This document shows positions 1-5,472 of a stretch of 12,096 bases of DNA, piece after piece. The DNA is from Candidatus Sulfobium sp. (GTDB taxonomy: Bacteria; Nitrospirota; Thermodesulfovibrionia; Thermodesulfovibrionales; UBA6898): contig JARRRI010000054.1 in the NCBI GenBank assembly GCA_037380845.1, forward strand, positions 1-12,096, in the 5' to 3' direction. Below the pieces are notes generated by a model, which did no database searches, had not been told where the DNA came from, and saw nothing but the letters and a program-made list of their open reading frames with translations. Each line of letters starts with the position of its first letter. The stretch's first letter is position 1. Made by a program: the position numbers and the translations under genes.

Positions 1-91
1 CGGTGGTAGACTACCACGTCGATAGGCTGGAGGTGTAAGTGCAGTAATGCATTCAGCTGACCAGTACTAATTGGCCGTGAGTCTTGACCCT
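1..91 (+). rRNA. rrl: 23S rRNA, 3'-terminal fragment (gene starts before the window)
   Basis: GTAGACTACCACGTCGATAGGCTGGAGGTGTAAGTGCAGTAATGCATTCAGCTGACCAGTACTAATTGGCCGTGAGTCTTGACC aligns by eye with the conserved bacterial 23S 3' end (GATAGG...GTGTAAG...CAG.AATG...AGCT.ACC.GTACTAAT...CCGTGAG.CTT.ACC). Exact end uncertain by a few nt. Confidence 0.96.
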
Positions 92-109
92 TATTTCTCT
101 TCCCTCCTG

Positions 110-137
110 TTGTCAAAAAAATAAGAAAATGTATAAT
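110..137 (+). promoter_or_regulatory. Sigma70-type promoter upstream of the sigma factor gene
   Basis: TTGTCA (110-115), 16-bp A-rich spacer, perfect TATAAT (132-137). Confidence 0.65.
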
Positions 138-145
138 GTAAGGAA

Positions 146-171
146 AGAAGGGCCCGGAAGGCCCTTTTCTT
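146..171 (+). terminator. Intrinsic terminator-like hairpin, probably ending the rRNA transcript
   Basis: Stem AAGGGCC (148-154), loop CGGAA, GGCCCTT (160-166), followed by TTCTT. Purine-rich 5' flank. Confidence 0.7.
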
Positions 172-203
172 GTACCCATTTCAAGAGATATTAGGGGATA
201 GTA

Positions 204-1634
204 ATGAGAGAGCGGGATATTTTCGAAGAGATCATCGACATAGGTAAGAGGCGGGGAACACTTACTTATGATGAGATAAACGACGCTCTCCCTTCGGAAT
301 TTTTCTCTCCGGACGAACTTGAAGACCTCATGGATCTGCTTCAGGATATGGGAGTGAAGGTCGTCGACTACGAGGCGGGAGGGGCAGAAGAAGAGACCTC
401 CGAGGAGGAGGTAACAGAGTATGAAAAGACGGAGGATCTTGTTCAGGCCTATTTCCACTCCATGGGCGACATCTCGATCCTGACCAAGGACGAAGAGACG
501 GAGCTTGCAAAGAGGCTGGAAGAAGGACGGGATATCATCAAGGCCATTGTAAGCGCAATGCCCCTGTACAAACGGCTGGAAGAGAGCCTTATGGCACAGT
601 CCGAGGGTGAGGAAGAAGCCGCAGTGGACGAGGACAAGCCCGATGAGACGCTGATCATGAGCCTTAAGATCCTGGACAACCTCGTTAGGAAGATGGAAGC
701 AGCCGACAGGAAGGTGTCACGCCACGGTTCCCTCAAGGACCTGAAACGGCTGATCTCCGAGAAAAAGAAGAAAGATATCAATCCGATTAAACTCGGGGCC
801 CTTGCAAAAGAGGTCCAGGCTGAATTCAAACAGATCGAATCGGAGGCCGGTATAAAGATAGAGGAGCTCAGGGCCAAGTGGGACAGGATTACAAATGCCA
901 GAGCGCTACTGATGGAGGCCAAGAACGAACTGATTACGCGCAACCTCAGACTGGTGGTAAATATAGCGAAGAATTACGTCGGCAGGGGACTACCCCTCCT
1001 TGATCTGATACAGGAAGGCAACATCGGCCTCATGAAGGCCGTGGACAAGTTCAAATACGAAAAGGGATTCAAGTTCAGTACTTACGCCACCTGGTGGATA
1101 CGCCAGGCGATCACTCGCGCCCTTATTGACCAGACGAAGACAATCCGTGTCCCGGTGCATATGATGGAATTTTACAACCGGGTGACCAAGGCCTCCAGAG
1201 AGATGACCCAGCAGCTCGGCAGGGAACCCAGCAATGAGGAGATCGCAAAAAGGCTCGCCGTTCCGGTAAGGAAGGTGGAGGAGGTTTTTCGCGCCATTCA
1301 GGACCCCATAGCACTGCAGACCCCGGTGGGCGACGAGGATACGGAACTGGAAGACTTCATCGGCGACAAGAACAGTCCTTCTCCGTACCTTGATGCCGAG
1401 AAGACCGAGATATCCGAGCAGATCCTGATGATATTGAAAACTCTTACCCCCAAAGAAGAGAAGGTGATCAGGATGAGGTTCGGGATCGGGGTCGACAGAG
1501 ACCATACACTCGAGGAGGTCGGCCGGCATCTTTCCATAACGAGGGAAAGGGTGAGGCAGATCGAGGCCAAGGCGCTCAGAAAGCTGAAGCACCCCAGCCG
1601 GCTGAGGGCGCTGAAAGTTCTTACCGCAGTCTGA
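204..1634 (+). CDS. rpoD: RNA polymerase sigma-70 factor, RpoD/group-1-like (regions 1.1, 1.2, short non-conserved region, 2, 3, 4)
   Basis: Region 1.1 GKRRGTLTYDEINDALP; region 2 NLRLVVNIAKNY..RGL..LDLIQEGNIGLMKAVDKF...KGFKFSTYATWWIRQAITRA; region 4 TLEEVG..L.ITRERVRQIEAKALRKLKHP. SD-like AGGGG at 193-197. May be a paralogue rather than the primary sigma. Confidence 0.95.
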   Translation: MRERDIFEEIIDIGKRRGTLTYDEINDALPSEFFSPDELEDLMDLLQDMGVKVVDYEAGGAEEETSEEEVTEYEKTEDLVQAYFHSMGDISILTKDEETELAKRLEEGRDIIKAIVSAMPLYKRLEESLMAQSEGEEEAAVDEDKPDETLIMSLKILDNLVRKMEAADRKVSRHGSLKDLKRLISEKKKKDINPIKLGALAKEVQAEFKQIESEAGIKIEELRAKWDRITNARALLMEAKNELITRNLRLVVNIAKNYVGRGLPLLDLIQEGNIGLMKAVDKFKYEKGFKFSTYATWWIRQAITRALIDQTKTIRVPVHMMEFYNRVTKASREMTQQLGREPSNEEIAKRLAVPVRKVEEVFRAIQDPIALQTPVGDEDTELEDFIGDKNSPSPYLDAEKTEISEQILMILKTLTPKEEKVIRMRFGIGVDRDHTLEEVGRHLSITRERVRQIEAKALRKLKHPSRLRALKVLTAV

Positions 1635-1663
1635 TTCAGGCGGCTTTCCCGCAGAGACTGCAT

Positions 1664-1806
1664 CCACCACGGATGAACCTGCCTGCCGGCAAGCAGGCAC
1701 GATAAACACGGACAAGTGGAAGTGCTCTCATCCGGGTCTGCCCCTTCCAGGCAAGCGACTAAAAAACTAAAGATTCCCGGGAACCCGTGGGTGTCCGTGT
1801 CTGTGG
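1664..1806. repeat. Degenerate CACGGA-unit inverted repeat element with an embedded 20-bp palindrome
   Basis: Left arm CCACCACGGATGAA[...]CACGATAAACACGGA (1664-1712); right arm CCGTGGGTGTCCGTGTCTGTGG (1785-1806); palindrome CCTGCCTGCCGGCAAGCAGG at 1678-1697 with one mismatched pair. Confidence 0.6.
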
Positions 1807-1830
1807 GCGGCCAAATGGCTTTTTCAGGGC

Positions 1831-2829
1831 TTATTTAAGCTGCGTGAACTGGTTGCCGGCCGAGATTGCACCGCCCGTGTTTCCTCTTACCACGGCTGTT
1901 GAAGTGTTTTCTCTCTCCCCTATGACCTGGATTATGCCTGTCGGTATCGTGTGGCCGCTGCTGGTGTTGACGGTCCGGAACATGTCTCCGATCTCTATCC
2001 CGTCCTTCAATCCTTTGTCCAGATAGACAATGTCAAACAGGGCGTTCAGAAGCCGGAGGTTCCGCGCGGCAATAACTTCACCCTGAATGTCAGGCTTCCT
2101 GAACTCGCCGGTCGTCAAAGGGGGTACTGTCGCGTAATAGGTGTCGAGAAGATCGCCGCTCCTGACAGGGCCAAAGGCTTTCACTATGCTTGCCTCGACG
2201 TCTCCACCCTCTACCTTTGTAATTTCAACCACCCCAATGGGCTCTATAATATAGCCTTTGTCTCTGGTGGCCATGGGTGTCTCGAGCCGAAGGGCCTTTA
2301 TGATGACAAATTTGTCGCCGATGTCAGCCGGTTTGTCGGTCTGCACGAATACCGTATCGTCGTTTCCGAAGAGGGATTTTCCGGACGGCGAGTCCTCGAT
2401 CATGCCGACAGCCGGGACCGTATCGGAAATGTAACCGCTTGCCGCCATCAAATCGTCACTGATAAGGGGCTTCAGAGGGATTTTCACCGGTTTCTGCTCG
2501 ACGGCCTTCGCCTCTTCCTGCTGTTTTTCCGGCATTTTTCCGGTCACCCGGGCCGCCGGCACTCCTTCCTCTCTGACCTTCTGCTTCAGGTAGACAGGTA
2601 TCTTCACGACCTCACCAGGATACAGCCGGTCGGGGTTCGATATTTCAGGATTTTCCTTCCATACCTTGGGCCACAAAAAAGGGTCACCCAGCTGCGCTCG
2701 GGAGATGCTCCACAGCGTGTCTCCCTTCTGTACAGTGTAAATTTTTATCTCATGCGTCTGGGCAGGGACAAATGATGGTACAAGCAGAATCAAGACAACG
2801 ATAAGCTGAAGAAGGATCTTTTTTGACAT
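1831..2829 (-). CDS. Secreted LysM peptidoglycan-binding protein (TsaP-like architecture)
   Basis: Start reassigned to ATG 2829 (SD AGGAG upstream). Signal peptide MSKKILLQLIVVLILLVPSFVPA; LysM YTVQKGDTLWSIS...DPFLWPKVWKENPEISNPDRLYPGEVVKIP; charged linker; beta-rich C-terminus with IVYLDKGLKDGIEIGD. Confidence 0.88.
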   Translation of the reverse strand: MSKKILLQLIVVLILLVPSFVPAQTHEIKIYTVQKGDTLWSISRAQLGDPFLWPKVWKENPEISNPDRLYPGEVVKIPVYLKQKVREEGVPAARVTGKMPEKQQEEAKAVEQKPVKIPLKPLISDDLMAASGYISDTVPAVGMIEDSPSGKSLFGNDDTVFVQTDKPADIGDKFVIIKALRLETPMATRDKGYIIEPIGVVEITKVEGGDVEASIVKAFGPVRSGDLLDTYYATVPPLTTGEFRKPDIQGEVIAARNLRLLNALFDIVYLDKGLKDGIEIGDMFRTVNTSSGHTIPTGIIQVIGERENTSTAVVRGNTGGAISAGNQFTQLK

Positions 2830-2862
2830 CCGCCTCTCCTTTTCTCGGTCGGTTTTCACTTA

Positions 2863-2891
2863 AAAATAACCGACAGAAATAAAACTGTCAA
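2863..2891 (-). promoter_or_regulatory. Sigma70 promoter for the LysM gene
   Basis: Minus strand TTGACA (2891-2886), 17 bp, TATTTT (2868-2863). Confidence 0.65.
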
Positions 2892-2905
2892 GTTTATTCG
2901 CCTGT

Positions 2906-2935
2906 TTGACTTATTAAGCTTCCAGAATTGATAAT
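2906..2935 (+). promoter_or_regulatory. Sigma70 promoter for the radical SAM gene, back-to-back with the LysM promoter
   Basis: TTGACT (2906-2911), 18 bp, GATAAT (2930-2935); ATG lies 5 nt downstream. Confidence 0.55.
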
Positions 2936-2940
2936 TGAAT

Positions 2941-3867
2941 ATGAAACGATACAAGTCATTCGGCGCCCACATGAAGGCCGTCTTCGGCGGTAAAGTCTAT
3001 AAAGTAAATGTGGATGCCGGCTTCACCTGTCCGAACCGGGACGGGACCCTGGGCATTTCGGGCTGCATCTACTGCAACAACGACAGTTTCAGGCCGGGCC
3101 CCTGCAGGCCTGCCATGTCCATAAGCCGGCAGGTACGCAACGGGATAGACCACGTAAGAAGACGGTATAAGGCAGAAAAATTTCTCGTTTACTTTCAACC
3201 CTTCACAAATACCTATGCCCCGGTGGACAAACTTGAGGCCCTTTACAGAGAGGCGCTGGCAGAACCTTCCGTCATCGGGCTTGCGATAGGAACCAGGCCG
3301 GACTCAGTCGACGAAACGAAACTTGACATGCTGGAATCACTGGCCGAGCGCTGTTTTATACTTATCGAGTACGGCCTTCAGTCCACCTTCGACAAGAGTC
3401 TGGACTTTATTCGCCGCGGCCACGATTACAGAACTTTCCTGAGGGCGGTGAACCTTACGAAAGAGCGAGGCATTTCCATCGGTGCCCATATCATTGCGGG
3501 GCTGCCTACAGAGACTCGGGAAGAGACGCTCTCAATGGCCGAGGAGATCTCCGCTCTTCCGGTAGAATTTCTGAAAGTCCACCAACTGCAGGTAGTGAAG
3601 GACACGCCCCTGGAACATATGTTCGTGCAGAATCCTTTCCACACCTTTGAATACGGGGAATATCTGGATTTCATAACGGACTTTATCGAAAGGACATCTC
3701 CGGGGATCGTCTTCCAGAGACTCTTTGCAACTGCTCCTGACGACATCCTCATTGCCCCCCATTGGGGCAGAAACAGGCACCAGATACTCAGGGACATCGA
3801 AAAGAGGCTCGAAGAAAGAGACACCTTCCAGGGCAAAAAGTATCGCATCCCTTCTCTGAGGGGCTGA
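2941..3867 (+). CDS. TIGR01212 family radical SAM protein (YhcC/YtqA-like)
   Basis: KVYKVNVDAGFTCPNRDGTLGISGCIYCN (CX11CX2C), YFQPFTNTYA, GLAIGTRPD, IEYGLQS, RGHD, HIIAGLP, KVHQLQVVKDT. ATG 2941 preferred over TTG 2935. Confidence 0.93.
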   Translation: MKRYKSFGAHMKAVFGGKVYKVNVDAGFTCPNRDGTLGISGCIYCNNDSFRPGPCRPAMSISRQVRNGIDHVRRRYKAEKFLVYFQPFTNTYAPVDKLEALYREALAEPSVIGLAIGTRPDSVDETKLDMLESLAERCFILIEYGLQSTFDKSLDFIRRGHDYRTFLRAVNLTKERGISIGAHIIAGLPTETREETLSMAEEISALPVEFLKVHQLQVVKDTPLEHMFVQNPFHTFEYGEYLDFITDFIERTSPGIVFQRLFATAPDDILIAPHWGRNRHQILRDIEKRLEERDTFQGKKYRIPSLRG

Positions 3868-3902
3868 TATGTAGGGGCATGGCATGCCATGCCCCTACAT
3901 AT
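3867..3902. repeat. Perfect 36-bp palindrome, GTAG-type REP-like element
   Basis: ATATGTAGGGGCATGGCA|TGCCATGCCCCTACATAT fills the whole gap between two convergent stop codons. Confidence 0.85.
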
Positions 3903-4406
3903 TTACCGCCGAAAAACGATAAGGTCCTTTAATTCCTTCCTTTTGCCTTCGCCCGGCTTTTCAGCGGGGTACCCTATTGCCAGCACCGCCATCAGCTCAA
4001 GGTCGTCGCCCAGTCCGAGTATCTGTCTTATCTCTTTGTCGTTTTTGATGATCTCGCCCAGCCAGACCGCGCCGAGGCCGAGGGCATGAGCTTCGAGAAG
4101 CATATTCTGAAGGCAGGCCCCCACCGCCTGGGCGTCCTTGACCCTGTGGTAGCTTTCCCCTATGTTGAGGAAGACCGGGATCAGGACCTTCGCATCCCTG
4201 ACAATATTCGAATAGCGGGTCAGCTGCGACAGCTTCTCCTTTATCGCGCCGTCGGTAGCTACAGCAAACTTCCAGGGCTGGTTATTCAGTCCTGAAGGCG
4301 CCCACCTGCCAGCCTCAAGCACCCTGTCCACCAGATCGCCCGGGACGGGACGGTCGAGAAACCGGCGAACGCTTCTCCTTGATCTTATGATATTCAGGAT
4401 GTCCAG
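3903..4406 (-). CDS. Nitroreductase family protein (FMN-binding), about 167 aa, probable CTG start
   Basis: Frame extends beyond the ORF-track start to (L/M)DILNIIRSRRSVRRFLDRPVPGDLVDRVLEAGRWAPSGLNNQPWKF; also QNMLLEAHALGLGAVW and LAIGYPA. RRSVRRF is the conserved N-terminal FMN-binding motif. Confidence 0.9.
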   Translation of the reverse strand: MDILNIIRSRRSVRRFLDRPVPGDLVDRVLEAGRWAPSGLNNQPWKFAVATDGAIKEKLSQLTRYSNIVRDAKVLIPVFLNIGESYHRVKDAQAVGACLQNMLLEAHALGLGAVWLGEIIKNDKEIRQILGLGDDLELMAVLAIGYPAEKPGEGKRKELKDLIVFRR

Positions 4407-4419
4407 ACAGACCGCCTTC

Positions 4420-4446
4420 TGCTAGAATATTTCTACGGAAATATTA
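4420..4446. promoter_or_regulatory. Divergent promoter region with inverted repeat
   Basis: Extended -10 TGcTAGAAT (4420-4428, +) overlapping AATATTTC-TACG-GAAATATT (4426-4445); TAATAT on the minus strand at 4446-4441. Confidence 0.45.
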
Positions 4447-4475
4447 GCCGCCGGAGGATAAAAAATCAAGGAAAG

Positions 4476-4949
4476 ATGAGAGCCAACAGGAAGATGATAG
4501 GAGTCATCGGGGGCCGGAAGACCGAGAAACATCTGCTTAAGGAGGCAGAGGAGGTCGGCAGGATGATTGCGGAAAAGGGTGCCGTTATGGTCTGCGGCGG
4601 TCTCAGGGGGGTCATGGAGGCCGCTTCGCGGGGCGCCAGGGCTGCAGGAGGGCTTACGGTAGGGATTCTCCCCCAGGAACATAAGAGAGACGCAAATCAG
4701 TTCATAGACATCGCCATCCCGACCGGTCTGGGGATTGGGAGGAACGCAATAATAGCGCGTACGGCGGACGCCCTGATCGCCGTAGGAGGGGAATACGGCA
4801 CACTCTCTGAGATCGCCTTTGCGCTTCAGATGCGGAAGCCGGTGATCGGAATCGGCACATGGGATATCAGGGGAGTGATCCCTGCGGAGAGCGCCTCCGA
4901 AGCGGTCGGGAAGGCATTCGGGCAGTTGGCTTCCGGCCCCGAGGAGTAG
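4476..4949 (+). CDS. TIGR00725 family LOG/SLOG nucleotide-binding protein
   Basis: IGVIGG, VCGGLRGVMEAASRGA, TVGILP, TGLGIGRNAII, GGEYGTLSEIAFAL. Confidence 0.92.
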   Translation: MRANRKMIGVIGGRKTEKHLLKEAEEVGRMIAEKGAVMVCGGLRGVMEAASRGARAAGGLTVGILPQEHKRDANQFIDIAIPTGLGIGRNAIIARTADALIAVGGEYGTLSEIAFALQMRKPVIGIGTWDIRGVIPAESASEAVGKAFGQLASGPEE

Positions 4950-4957
4950 GGGGAAAC

Positions 4958-5050
4958 ATGCCTATATACGGGTTCTTACGAGTTATAACCGAGGAAAGGA
5001 ACAAATACCTTAATCACCGCATAGAGTATAAACCATATAATCCCTTCTAA
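4958..5050 (+). CDS. Possible 30-aa small ORF or gene remnant (MPIYGFLRVITEERNKYLNHRIEYKPYNPF)
   Basis: ATG 8 nt after the upstream stop, preceded by AGGGGG; small hairpin CCTGC-CC-GCAGG at 5057-5068 after the stop. Confidence 0.3.
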   Translation: MPIYGFLRVITEERNKYLNHRIEYKPYNPF

Positions 5051-5140
5051 CCCGTGCCTGCCCGCAGGTCATTGCGACATTGTCCCTTATATTCATAAAA
5101 AAACGCGTGTCATCAACGGAATATCCTATTGGCCCTCTGA

Positions 5141-5204
5141 GGATCATACCCCCCCTTCCCCCTCTTATCTTAAGAGGGGGTGCCAAAGGCGGAGGGGGTT
5201 ATCC
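5141..5204. repeat. REP-like branched palindromic element
   Basis: Perfect 10-bp stem CCCCCTCTTA-TCT-TAAGAGGGGG (5158-5180), mini-hairpin GCC-AAA-GGC (5182-5190), imperfect outer arms GGATCATACCCCCC / GGGGGTTATCC. Confidence 0.6.
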
Positions 5205-5346
5205 AAAGAGGAGCATTGTTTTTTCCTTTGGCAAGGGGACCTGCTCGGAGCGAGTCGCGAAAATGTGTCACAGTCACAAAGCACAATATGGCCGGCGTTT
5301 CGAGGCAAGTTTCCCCTCTGATGGCGTTTTTACCGCCTTTTTGGTG

Positions 5347-5352
5347 TATAAT
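5347..5352 (+). promoter_or_regulatory. -10 box of the tRNA promoter
   Basis: Perfect TATAAT 16 nt upstream of the mature tRNA 5' end; no clear -35. Confidence 0.5.
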
Positions 5353-5368
5353 ATCAAGGCATTCCGAA

Positions 5369-5445
5369 GCCCCCTTAGCTCAGCAGGATAGAGCACAGGT
5401 TTCCTAAACCTGGGGCCGCAGGTTCGAATCCTGCAGGGGGCACCA
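5369..5445 (+). tRNA. tRNA-Arg (anticodon CCT)
   Basis: Acceptor GCCCCCT/AGGGGGC, D-arm GCTC/GAGC, anticodon arm CAGGT-TTCCTAA-ACCTG, T-arm GCAGG-TTCGAAT-CCTGC, discriminator A, encoded CCA; 77 nt. Confidence 0.97.
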
Positions 5446-5472
5446 TTCCCATCCCGACAAGCGATTAATGCA

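Noticed and set aside
1635..1830. CRISPR-like reading of the short repeats
   Set aside because: No regularly spaced identical repeats with unique spacers and no cas genes.
3028..3075. Non-standard CX11CX2C cluster motif in the radical SAM protein
   Set aside because: This spacing is normal for the TIGR01212 family.
5264..5278. CRP/FNR-like site TGTGTCACAGTCACA
   Set aside because: Half-site spacing is 5 rather than 6 and the left half-site mismatches; no obvious regulated promoter at a suitable distance.
5080..5407. ORFs 5080-5391 and 5180-5407
   Set aside because: They run through the palindromic element and into the tRNA, with no protein-like features.
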